A stretch of DNA of 64,000 nt from NCBI GenBank assembly GCA_963731265.1, contig CAVSUE010000002.1, forward strand, positions 1 to 64,000, written 5' to 3'. Below, piece after piece: positions 10,001 through 18,409 of the stretch (the first letter of the stretch is position 1; every line of letters starts with the position of its first letter). Made by a program: the position numbers and the translations under genes. Below the pieces are notes generated by a model that worked only from the letters and a program-made list of their open reading frames with translations, ran no database searches and had not been told where the DNA came from. Origin of the DNA: an uncultured Verrucomicrobiae bacterium. Lineage in GTDB: Bacteria > Chlamydiota > Chlamydiia > Chlamydiales > Rhabdochlamydiaceae.

Positions 10001-11571
10001 AAAAAAATGTCAGCCCGGAGCTGGGATCCAAGGAGCGTTTTGCAGGCGTCTTCGCCACAATCCTATCGATGTTGTTAGTCATCTCCGTGATGATTGGCTA
10101 CTACCGTTTTGGGGGCATAGTCGCTTCCATTGCCGTCCTTTTCAATCTTTTCCTCATGTGGGCCACCTTGCAAAATCTCCAAGCGACAATGACCTTGGCC
10201 GGTATCGCAGGGATTATTTTGACATTGGGGATGGCCGTGGATGCCAATGTCCTCGTGTTTGAGCGAATCCGCGAAGAATTCGCTGTCAGCGGCCGCATCG
10301 CTTCGGCTGTCCATGCAGGGTATCGGAAAGCTTTCTCTGCAATATTGGACTCCAACATGACGACGGCCATAGCGGCCCTTGTCCTCTTGCATTTTGATTC
10401 AGGGCCGATCAAGCAGTTCGCTGTCATGCTGATCATCGGGATTATCTCTTCGATGTTCACCGCCCTTTTCATGACACGCTTTTTCTTTGCCGGATGGGTG
10501 CAAAATCCCAACCATAAGAGCCTTTCCATGCTCAATTGGTTTAGGGCGAGGAATTATAATTTCCTCAAGTACACGAAGAAGACGGTCATTTTCTCTTCCG
10601 TCGTCATTCTCGTGGGTATCTTTATGCTTCTCGCCCAACGTCAGAGTATTTTCGGCATGGACTTTAGCGGCGGCTACGCTTTGAATGTCGAATTGCAACT
10701 CCAAGATCAGAAGGCAAATTATCGAAATGCTGTTGAACAAAGCCTCATCAAAGCCGGTGCAACGCACCAAGACTTCCAAGTCAGAGAGTTAACGCCATCG
10801 AACAATATCCGTATTTTCTTAAGCCGTAGCTTGCAGCAAAGCGGACGCCCATTTTTTGCTTTGCCTTTAGAATATGACCTCAAAGAACCCGTTTATTCCT
10901 TTGAAACGAATCCAAAAATCGTCTGGGTCGTCCAATCGTTGAATAAATCCGGGCTCGTACTGGAATCTTCATCCCTGAAAAATTTGGACAAAAATTGGAC
11001 CGAAGTCAGCGGGCAAATGTCTGACGCCATGCGCAATAATGCGATGATCGGACTGGCGGTTGCCCTTCTGTGCATCCTCGTGTACATCACAATTCGCTTT
11101 GAATTTAAATATGCCGTCAGCGCAACCATTTGCCTTGCGCATGATGTGGTCTTTACTATTGGCGTTCTCGCAATCCTCCATGCGTTAGGATTAAGCATCC
11201 AGATCGATCTCAATACCATTGCCGCATTGATGACGATCGTGGGCTATTCGCTAAACGACACCATCATCGTCTTCGATCGCATTCGGGAGGATGTGCGCCT
11301 GATGCGCAAATCCAGCTTCTCTGAAATCATCAACCATTCATTAAATATCACGCTTAGCCGTACGATAATGACATCCGGGACGACCCTCCTTGTGCTCATT
11401 CCTTTGATTTTGCTCGGAGGGAGCACTTTGTTTGGTTTTTCCCTTGTCATGGCCATCGGTGTCATTTTCGGCACGCTCTCATCATTGTTCATCGCCGCTC
11501 CGCTCATGAAGTATTTTCATGACCGGGAACTGCAAAAAGAGAGCAAACTGGCCCTCAAGGATGTTACATGA
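7021..11571 (+). CDS. secDF: Protein translocase subunit SecD/SecF fusion with large N-terminal periplasmic insertion
   Basis: WGLDLSGG, GMAVDANVLVFERIREE, GMDFSGG, GYSLNDTIIVFDRIRE; the 1516-aa size fits chlamydial SecDF. Confidence 0.95.
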   Translation: MEKQKRWQLYLIVAVIILTVYNILPTVFFYSKPLKSPIDEKRSHAIAEQFVDRVNTLEPQARDWLDSFCSLIKVKPQSITITPEQPQFVSIQFKNAEDANLFRQYLPRAGALIPFVPAQLTLYDPRDTTNKNVLVQRRIPTHFDPKQINSYTEFSKKFGENHQPMPLYRALTEDRIMQVGLAFAGPSENALYVQSLSDNRNEQEIPIQLAQSILSFTKVFGETSNVATRYFASFTQIKTSDPKKLIQNFIAAMDGMKEKIKGERGALRDESEKLKAEGQFLEIVKQQRLELLTSREKTLELACAVVKRNVEKFAAGNPPATFSSLGAAMENSKKEKIQTISLDGNNPFIEKLSIDWGNEKILVSLYPDVAEFRQKLDESTKQSYLRDQADQLLYNEIAMASRQAGEEISPFQNQFEIRLSKLNNSQSFIALQLSSIAAAECKQLKEIVSTTWHPQHPDLSPASFPIYDYETYSKLPASEKNFGLVIYAPVLNKKAPPQGFHMNSIYVIAKGMDKFIQRVSSESQSEQTTQFIEDFNHLREILQRNGFVGYSGAAYAASPEFSQDFIFEGEDYYQTILKATREDFSVHGTKRYAVLEFTDVEQRILTENKIDNRLHEDLLKWRDDYYAAKLGIRGVSKFDVPKPTQNVLWDNFKLSLVKYFRGDDRKILHWGLDLSGGKTVQIELRDSNNRIVTDPNDIKQGINELYNRVNKMGVSEVSIRQEGNFITLDFPGSQGLSAAELVKASTMYFHIVNEKFGPNNPQLADSANRFLQEIWNEAIVTNRKGIEDINAIAWKHLYGDSMDPDVIQPRSEAARTLYENGMRFANPQETAVSGTFNETYSKIATFRGEDFTDWQGQTHPLLIVFRNFACEGSNLENIQASYDPSKGNFLAFSIRGSYTNKEGQKINPRDDLYAWSSQFAKEKITGTPIEAYSNGRGWRMAVILNGSVISAPTLDSALRDSAMISGSFTQREINQLEADLKAGSLTFTPHILSEKNVSPELGSKERFAGVFATILSMLLVISVMIGYYRFGGIVASIAVLFNLFLMWATLQNLQATMTLAGIAGIILTLGMAVDANVLVFERIREEFAVSGRIASAVHAGYRKAFSAILDSNMTTAIAALVLLHFDSGPIKQFAVMLIIGIISSMFTALFMTRFFFAGWVQNPNHKSLSMLNWFRARNYNFLKYTKKTVIFSSVVILVGIFMLLAQRQSIFGMDFSGGYALNVELQLQDQKANYRNAVEQSLIKAGATHQDFQVRELTPSNNIRIFLSRSLQQSGRPFFALPLEYDLKEPVYSFETNPKIVWVVQSLNKSGLVLESSSLKNLDKNWTEVSGQMSDAMRNNAMIGLAVALLCILVYITIRFEFKYAVSATICLAHDVVFTIGVLAILHALGLSIQIDLNTIAALMTIVGYSLNDTIIVFDRIREDVRLMRKSSFSEIINHSLNITLSRTIMTSGTTLLVLIPLILLGGSTLFGFSLVMAIGVIFGTLSSLFIAAPLMKYFHDRELQKESKLALKDVT

Positions 11572-13304
11572 CCTTGAGCCACCGCGATCCCATTTGGATC
11601 TATCCGGAAGTCGATCCGGATTGGCATAAAACAATTATTAATGAATTTAATATCCATCCGGTGACCGCACATATTCTAGCATCGCGGAATTTTAAATCCC
11701 TTGAAGAGATCCATGAATTTCTTTATGCGAAACTTCCCAACCTGTTCGATCCGCAATTGTTTCCGGACATGGACAAAGCCGTCGACCGAGTTCTAGAAGC
11801 GCTTAAAAAAAAAGAGCATATCCTCATTTACGGAGACAATGATGTCGACGGCATCACTGCCGCTGCACTCTTGACTGAATTTTTACGTTTTATCGGGGCC
11901 AATGTCTTTTTTTACATTCAGAACCGCAATACCTTGAAACAAAGCGTTATTCTCGATGCTATGGAGTATGCGGTTGCCAATGAGTGCAAGCTGATCATTA
12001 CCGTTGACTGCGGGATCACCTCGGCCACCGAAATCGAAGAAGCGGTCAAGCACAATATAGACGTCATCGTGACAGACCACCACGAACCGACAGCAAAAAT
12101 CCCGCATTGCATTGCCACGTTAAATCCAAAACTGATCAATAGCACATATCCCAATCGAAATCTCACCGGTGTCGGCGTCGCGTTTAAACTTGCTCATGCG
12201 CTCACAAATGCCCTGATCTCAAACGGATCGATCAGCGCTTCGAAGATCGATCTCAAACGGTATCTGGATTTAGTCGCACTCGGAACGATTGCCGACATGG
12301 GGTCCCTTCTTGGCGAAAATCGCATCCTCGTCCGCTATGGGCTGAGACAGTTGCGCAAGACAAAACGGATCGGGCTTGCAAAGCTCTTCACCGTCTGCGA
12401 TTTGAAATTGGGCGAAATCACTCCCATCGACATCGCTTCCAAAGTCGCACCGCGTTTAAATAGTTTAGGGCGCATCGCCGACCCCAGAAAGGGCGTTGAG
12501 TTGCTATTGATCCGCGATCCAGTAGCAGCGGAAGCCCTTGCCAAAGAATTAGACTTGAATAATATCGAACGGCAAAAAATCGAAAGGCGCGATTCCGAGG
12601 ATGTGGAAAGTTTTATCTTAAAAAACCCCCAAATCCTCAACCATAAAGCGATCGTTCTTTATTCAGACAAATGGCATCCAGGAATCATCCCTATTATCAC
12701 TGCAAGAATCGCTAAGCAATATAATCGTCCAACCATTGTGATCTCAATCGATCAAGGAGTTGGCAAAGGATCGATCCGGACCATCCACGAATTTCCCCTT
12801 CTCCAACACTTACGCGACAATGCAGAACTGCTTGAAAACTTTGGCGGCCATGATTTCGCAGCAGGATTGACCATCCGCGAAGAAAACATTCAACAATTCC
12901 AAGAAAAATTCATCTGCTCTGCGGATGCTCTACTCAAAGAACAAGACGTCGTCGCCAAGATCCATTTGGATGCCAAGATTAATTTTGGCGATCTCACATT
13001 TGATTTCATGGAATCTTTCAGCCTTCTGGAACCTTTCGGCAATGAAAATCCCGCGCCAATCCTCTATTGCGATGCAAAACAGATCTGGCCGCCTAAAGTC
13101 GTCGGAAAAACACACCTAAAGCTCTACCTTGAGCAAAATGACCGTATGCTGGAAGGCATCGCCTTTGGAATGGCCGAAAAAAGATCGCGCCTACTTAAAA
13201 AGAATTTAACCCTGCACATCGCTTTTACCCCTCACATCAACATCTTTCTTAATAAATCGAGCATCCAATTGCAAGTCCGCGATTTCCAGATTGTCAATTC
13301 ATGA
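11568..13304 (+). CDS. recJ: Single-stranded-DNA-specific exonuclease RecJ
   Basis: IYGDNDVDG, TVDCG, TDHHEP, GTIADM, FGGHDFAAG. Confidence 0.95.
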   Translation: MTLSHRDPIWIYPEVDPDWHKTIINEFNIHPVTAHILASRNFKSLEEIHEFLYAKLPNLFDPQLFPDMDKAVDRVLEALKKKEHILIYGDNDVDGITAAALLTEFLRFIGANVFFYIQNRNTLKQSVILDAMEYAVANECKLIITVDCGITSATEIEEAVKHNIDVIVTDHHEPTAKIPHCIATLNPKLINSTYPNRNLTGVGVAFKLAHALTNALISNGSISASKIDLKRYLDLVALGTIADMGSLLGENRILVRYGLRQLRKTKRIGLAKLFTVCDLKLGEITPIDIASKVAPRLNSLGRIADPRKGVELLLIRDPVAAEALAKELDLNNIERQKIERRDSEDVESFILKNPQILNHKAIVLYSDKWHPGIIPIITARIAKQYNRPTIVISIDQGVGKGSIRTIHEFPLLQHLRDNAELLENFGGHDFAAGLTIREENIQQFQEKFICSADALLKEQDVVAKIHLDAKINFGDLTFDFMESFSLLEPFGNENPAPILYCDAKQIWPPKVVGKTHLKLYLEQNDRMLEGIAFGMAEKRSRLLKKNLTLHIAFTPHINIFLNKSSIQLQVRDFQIVNS

Positions 13305-14575
13305 CGATTACGGGGAAAATCGATTCGATCGCTTTTGGTGGGGAAGGCATTCTAAAACATGAAGGCCTCGTCGTCTTCGTTCCCTATACAGCTCCTCAAG
13401 ACCATGTTGAAATTCAAATTCAAGCAAAAAAGAAAAATTTCGCCCGTGCAAAGTTAATTAAAATCGTTGAAAACAGCCCCGACCGCATCTCTCCCCGTTG
13501 TCCTTATTTTGGAACCTGCGGCGGCTGCCAACTGCAGCATTTAACAGATTCCGCGCAAATCTACGCCAAACGCGCATTCGTCATAGATGCCCTGTCGCGA
13601 ATTGGAAAGATCAAGATCGAGGACCTAACCGTAGTCCCTGCAAATGACCTATGGCATTACCGGAGACATATCCGCTTGAAATTACGAAAAGAAAATACCG
13701 GTTTTGTTGCGGGTTATATGGGCCATGATCCCTCTCACTTTGTCCCTGTCCACCAATGCGCCATTTTTCTTCCTGAATCGGATCCTTTTATCCCATTGCT
13801 TCAGGGTTTTCTCCAAGCATTGTCAAGCGAGGGCATCAAGGAAGCAAGTGTTCGGTTAATTAAAAATGATCAGAAAATCCTGTTAGCTTTTCAATTTTCC
13901 CCTTCTCTGCCCCGCAACCATTCACTTGCGGAGAAATTCCTTGCTGAAAACAGTCAATGCCAAGGCATTGTCATGCAATCCCCTCAAGAATTAAAACAAT
14001 GGGGCCAAATTGAGTGCGAAATCGAAATTCTTGGGCTTAAGGCTAAATTTTCTCCATTTGGTTTTGTTCAAAACCACCCTGAACAAAATGAAAATCTCTA
14101 CAAAGCCCTTCTGGAGGACCTACGAGGCAAAAGCGGCAAAATCCTCGATCTTTATTGCGGCATTGGGCTGACTTCTCTGCTATTTGCACGCAAAGGATGG
14201 CAATCGATCGGTGTAGAATCGCATCCGGAGACTGTGGCTCTGGCAAAAGAAAATGCGTCTTTGAATGGACTTATTTCGGCGATATTTTACGAAGGAAAAT
14301 CGGAGATGGTAGGAATCGAACTCCTAAAAAAAGAAAGGCCGGATGCTGCACTATGCAATCCTCCTCGCACAGGTCTTCATCCTTCAGTCGTGCAAGCCCT
14401 GCTCGAAGTCCAGCCCCATTGCATTTTATATGTATCCTGCATGCCTGCGACGCTCGCCCGCGATTTGCAAAAATTAGTAGAAGGTGGATACCGGATCAAA
14501 CAGATCCAGGCTTTTGATATGTTCCCGCAGACAACCCACGTCGAGGCATTTGTAAGCTTAGTTAAAGAAGACTGA
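13301..14575 (+). CDS. rlmD: 23S rRNA (uracil-5-)-methyltransferase, RlmD/TrmA family, with TRAM domain
   Basis: CPYFGTCGGC, DLYCGIG, NPPRTG, YVSCMPATLARD, DMFPQTTHVE. Confidence 0.85.
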   Translation: MTITGKIDSIAFGGEGILKHEGLVVFVPYTAPQDHVEIQIQAKKKNFARAKLIKIVENSPDRISPRCPYFGTCGGCQLQHLTDSAQIYAKRAFVIDALSRIGKIKIEDLTVVPANDLWHYRRHIRLKLRKENTGFVAGYMGHDPSHFVPVHQCAIFLPESDPFIPLLQGFLQALSSEGIKEASVRLIKNDQKILLAFQFSPSLPRNHSLAEKFLAENSQCQGIVMQSPQELKQWGQIECEIEILGLKAKFSPFGFVQNHPEQNENLYKALLEDLRGKSGKILDLYCGIGLTSLLFARKGWQSIGVESHPETVALAKENASLNGLISAIFYEGKSEMVGIELLKKERPDAALCNPPRTGLHPSVVQALLEVQPHCILYVSCMPATLARDLQKLVEGGYRIKQIQAFDMFPQTTHVEAFVSLVKED

Positions 14576-16292
14576 GAAATTCATCGACATCGCTGGTCGC
14601 AGCTCTTGCGGCTTTTTGCCAAAATTCACTTTTCGTCAGATCCACTCCAAGATGTTTTTTTGCCAAGTCTTCGACAGACATCAACCCTGACTCTCTGAGA
14701 AGAGCATCATACTTCTCTGCAAATCCAGCTCCATTTTCCTTGGCTTGAGCATATAAACCTAGACTAAATAAGTAACCGAACGTGTAAGGAAAATTATAAA
14801 AAGGAACGCGAGTAAAATAAAAATGCAATTTTGCTGCCCAAAAATAAGGATGCCATACAGATAAAGCGTGATGATAAGCAGTTTCCTGCGATTGCTGCAT
14901 TAAATCGCAAAGCTCATCTGAAGACAAAAATTTCGTTTTTCTTCTTTCATACAATTCAGTTTCAAAAAGGAAACGAGCCCGGATATTCATCATGAAAATG
15001 ACAGAACGCTGGATTCTATCGGCGAGTATATTCAATTTATCTTCCCGATTTTTGGAATGCCTCAGAAGAGCATCGCTGATGACCTGTTCAGCGAAAGTCG
15101 AAGCAGTTTCCGCCACGTTCATCCGATAATTCTGAGCGAGGCTTGGAAGATCTTCCACCATCGTATTATGGTATCCATGCCCCAGTTCGTGCGCCAAGGT
15201 CGACACATTGACCATTGTACCGCTATAGGTCATAAATATGCGGCTTTGCTTCGACTTAGGAAACGGGACGCAAAACCCTCCTGGCCTTTTTCCTGGCCGA
15301 TCTTCTGCGTCGATCCATTTTTCTGAACACGCTTTTTGTGCAAATTTTCCCATTTTTGGATGAAAACGAGAAAATTCCTCGATGATCAGCGAGGCCCCTT
15401 GTGAATAAGGGATAACCTTTTCCTGCGTCTCAAAAAGAGGAGCTTCAATATCGTACCATGCGGGTTTATCTAAACCAAGGAGCTTTGCTTTAGCTTGCAA
15501 AAAGGAAAGGAGCGGGCCAATATGCTCATCAACAGCATCCCACATCGCTTGCAGTGTTTGCTTTTGCATGCGGTTCTCAAAGAGGGGCTCTTGTAAAGGA
15601 TCATTCCAACCTCTAAGCCTATAAACTTGTAAACGGAATCCAGCAAGGTGATTCAAGACCTGAGAAAAAATGGATCCTTTTTCTTTCCAGCAATTCTCTA
15701 ATGCAGAAAATACCGATTGGCGAACTTTGCGTTCTTTATGCGATAATTTGTTTTCTGCTTGTCCAAAAGATAGTGTTTCTGATTCAAAAGTGATTTTCAC
15801 TCCGTTGACAATCGTCGGATAAATGTCGTCCCAGCCATGATAACCATCTATAGATAGTTCAGTAATCACCCCTTCCTTATCTGGAGACAATTTTCTGCTT
15901 GCCCTCGTGCGTCTTTCTTCTAGTACGTAACGAATCTCAGAAAGCCTCGGATCCTCAAACACCTTAGGATCGGATGCGACAAGCTGGCTATCAAAAGCAT
16001 GATTAAAGAGTTGAAATTTCGCATCTACCACCGAAAGTTCTGCTCGCCATTGATTGGCGCGTTCGTCTGCGGTATTTTGAGATTCAAGACATATAACAAA
16101 TGCATCGAGCTGGCGCAAAGCCATATCGATCTCTTGGATTTTTTGAATGGAAGGAAGAATTTCTTTTGAATCTTTAAGCATTTCAAGAGCGGATATCGCC
16201 TCTCTAACACGCTCTATTTCATTCGAGAGCCCGCTTGAAGGGCTTCCGCCAGGAAAAAAACACTCTAAGTCCCATTGCTCTGGAAACTTCAT
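14562..16292 (-). CDS. pepF: M3B oligoendopeptidase F
   Basis: GKRPGGFC, TLAHELGHGYH, VAETASTFAE, FYNFPYTFGYLF. Confidence 0.9.
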   Translation of the reverse strand: MKFPEQWDLECFFPGGSPSSGLSNEIERVREAISALEMLKDSKEILPSIQKIQEIDMALRQLDAFVICLESQNTADERANQWRAELSVVDAKFQLFNHAFDSQLVASDPKVFEDPRLSEIRYVLEERRTRASRKLSPDKEGVITELSIDGYHGWDDIYPTIVNGVKITFESETLSFGQAENKLSHKERKVRQSVFSALENCWKEKGSIFSQVLNHLAGFRLQVYRLRGWNDPLQEPLFENRMQKQTLQAMWDAVDEHIGPLLSFLQAKAKLLGLDKPAWYDIEAPLFETQEKVIPYSQGASLIIEEFSRFHPKMGKFAQKACSEKWIDAEDRPGKRPGGFCVPFPKSKQSRIFMTYSGTMVNVSTLAHELGHGYHNTMVEDLPSLAQNYRMNVAETASTFAEQVISDALLRHSKNREDKLNILADRIQRSVIFMMNIRARFLFETELYERRKTKFLSSDELCDLMQQSQETAYHHALSVWHPYFWAAKLHFYFTRVPFYNFPYTFGYLFSLGLYAQAKENGAGFAEKYDALLRESGLMSVEDLAKKHLGVDLTKSEFWQKAARAATSDVDEFLSLL

Positions 16293-16315
16293 ATTCTCCT
16301 TGGAGAATGTTATAT

Positions 16316-16756
16316 TTACGAAACTCCCTCATCGAAATTGGAAATCAGCCGATTTAAATAGCTCTCTTGATATTTTTTAAGGTCGTCGACATGGACCACC
16401 CATGCTGAACCTTTTCTAGTCGCTTTTAAGAGGCCGATCCTTGTTGCATAGTAGATCTTTTGGTAGGGAACATTCAACATCTTGGACGCTTGCTGAATGG
16501 AATAGAAACCTTTCTTATTATCGAAAATCAACTCGCCGTTATGCATGGACTTCGTCCGTGAGTATTTTAACTTCCGATAACGCTCGAGATCTTCAATGTC
16601 TATAATCCAACGCGTTGGATTTTTATAAGCGCGCAGCTTTTTCTGTTTGATCGCGACATAGATAGCCTGCCGCGTCACGTCGTTGATTTTTGCAGCTTCG
16701 GAAAGCGTTACAAATTTCTTTCCAGCTGGAAGTTCTTCTTCTCTGTGTTCGCTCAT
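16316..16756 (-). CDS. euo: EUO-family transcriptional regulator, second paralog
   Basis: Two HTH-17-like repeats (EAAKINDVTRQAIYVAIKQKKL; KMLNVPYQKIYYATRIG) and KYSRTKS...GELIFDNKKG, typical of chlamydial EUO. Confidence 0.85.
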   Translation of the reverse strand: MSEHREEELPAGKKFVTLSEAAKINDVTRQAIYVAIKQKKLRAYKNPTRWIIDIEDLERYRKLKYSRTKSMHNGELIFDNKKGFYSIQQASKMLNVPYQKIYYATRIGLLKATRKGSAWVVHVDDLKKYQESYLNRLISNFDEGVS

Positions 16757-17015
16757 AGTGTCTCCTTTTTCAATTTTTATACAAATGATTATATAGGTCG
16801 AATATTAATTTTTTGTAAAAGTTAGCACAAATAAAATAAAAAAAAATCAAAAAGTTTTTACCTGCGCCAGATTTTTTTGTAAGTTATTTATATTCAATAG
16901 ATTAAATTTTTTAAAAAGATTGGGAAAGCAACAAAAATATTTCTGTTATGGCGCCGCTTTTGTAAATATTTTATTTGAATTCAGAGGAATCTAAAAAGAA
17001 ATGTACTAAAACATC

Positions 17016-17463
17016 CTCAGATAGGGTGTTTAACAATTGCTTTGCCACTAGAAAAGAGAGATTTTCGAACAGATTTGAAAAGGCGGGCCGAGCAAAATAT
17101 CTGGCTGTTGATAAGTAGTGAGCTGAAATATTTAAAATGAAATTCAAGGAGCATTTCGATGAGATTTCGCAGGGGACGGGGAAGGCAATGTGTGAACACA
17201 TGACTAAGGAGCCCGCTGAACCCCGGCCTTAAGGCCTGGGATTAAGTTGGAGCCGAGCTTCGTACTCGGCCCAACATTGTTTTTGAAAATACCCGGCCCT
17301 TAAGGGCCGGGTTTCCGCCGGAGGACGGATGTGAAAGATCGAAAAAACAACTTGAAGTTCATTATAAATATTTAAGGGACTTACTTATTGGAGAGCCAGC
17401 CTTTTCGAAGATGCCGAAAAGGTGCTTATATAGGGGGGGAAGACTTGTTAAATACCCTCTGAG
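17016..17463. repeat. Long imperfect palindromic MITE-like element
   Basis: Ends CTCAGA(TA)GGGTGTTTAACAA / TTGTTAAATACCCTCTGAG; internal arms ~17100-17148 and ~17350-17400 are reverse-complementary. Confidence 0.6.
17221..17313. mobile_element. IS200/IS605-end-like hairpin cluster (non-autonomous, PATE-like) nested in the larger palindrome
   Basis: CCCCGGCCTTAAGGCCTGGG, GTTGGAGCCGAG-cttcgta-CTCGGCCCAAC and ACCCGGCCCTTAAGGGCCGGGT; no transposase ORF. Confidence 0.5.
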
Positions 17464-17465
17464 AC

Positions 17466-17503
17466 AAAAAAAACCGCCGAAGGCTTTGCTTGCCTTCGGC
17501 GGC
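17466..17503 (-). terminator. Intrinsic terminator after euo (17590-18042)
   Basis: Minus strand CCGCCGAAGG-caagcaaag-CCTTCGGCGG followed by 8 T. Confidence 0.8.
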
Positions 17504-17589
17504 TTCTGTAACGCATTTGTTCTCAGGGCTTATATTTTCCGCGCTCTTCCCAAGATGAGAACCCCTGAGCGGTTCCCGCCTTGAGAAAA

Positions 17590-18042
17590 TTAAATAGCCT
17601 CAGAGCGCTGGGCTTTTTTACTCAGGTATGTTTCCTGGTATAGTTTCACATCGCTAACGTGAACGACCCAAGCAGCTCCTTTACGGTGCGCTTTCATCAA
17701 ACCTACACGCGTAGCGTAGTAGATTTTCTGTGCGGGCACATTCAACATTTTTGCGACCTGATTGACTGAAAAGAAGCCTTTGTGGTTATCAAAAAGAAGC
17801 TCACCATTGAACATTGACTTAGTCCGAGAATACTTTTGCTTACGGTAATTCTCTAGATCTTCTAAATCAATTGTCCAACGTGTAGCATCTTTTGAAGCCT
17901 TGAGCTTCTTTTGCTTAATGGCAACGTAGATCGCTTGACGAGTGACGTTATTTATTTTCGCCGCCTCTGTAATCGAAACTACCTTTTTGCCAGGTGAAGA
18001 TGCTATAGCATTCTCACCAAGTTGGCTGGTTTCTTTTTCCAT
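17590..18042 (-). CDS. euo: EUO, chlamydial early-upstream-ORF repressor of late genes
   Basis: VSITEAAKINNVTRQAIYVAIKQKKLKA...KYSRTKSMFNGELLFDNHKG...VPAQKIYYATRVG; near recJ, secDF and gltX as in other chlamydiae. Confidence 0.9.
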   Translation of the reverse strand: MEKETSQLGENAIASSPGKKVVSITEAAKINNVTRQAIYVAIKQKKLKASKDATRWTIDLEDLENYRKQKYSRTKSMFNGELLFDNHKGFFSVNQVAKMLNVPAQKIYYATRVGLMKAHRKGAAWVVHVSDVKLYQETYLSKKAQRSEAI

Positions 18043-18409
18043 GAATTAAATCCTCCAAAATCAAATAACTCTTTTCGTTTCGCGTCCCAAAAGTTGCTGA
18101 AATCGCTTTAAGTCAACAGCTTACCAATTAGAGACGCTTTTTTCGTCGTTTTTCTTAAATTAAACGATTCTAATTCTCACTTTGATCATTAATTATGGCA
18201 TATAAATGAATTGTTTTCAACCATATACAGATTTTTTTTTTGTTAAGGTGCACAAACCCAGGGATGTAGAATTCTGTAATTCTTTATTTTAAAGTGGCCA
18301 TAAACTTCTGAATTCCTATAAGCTACGCTTAAAGAGATTTTGCTTACCCAGACACGGATATAGAAAGTTTTAAGTCCTTGATTATGAATTAATTATTAAA
18401 TGAGTCTTT

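Noticed and set aside
16971..17201. Short ORFs between the euo paralogs
   Set aside because: They fall in the palindromic repeat; no RBS or recognisable domain
16316..18042. HTH/excisionase-like ORFs as prophage xis genes
   Set aside because: The sequences match EUO in its usual chromosomal neighbourhood; no integrase or phage genes nearby
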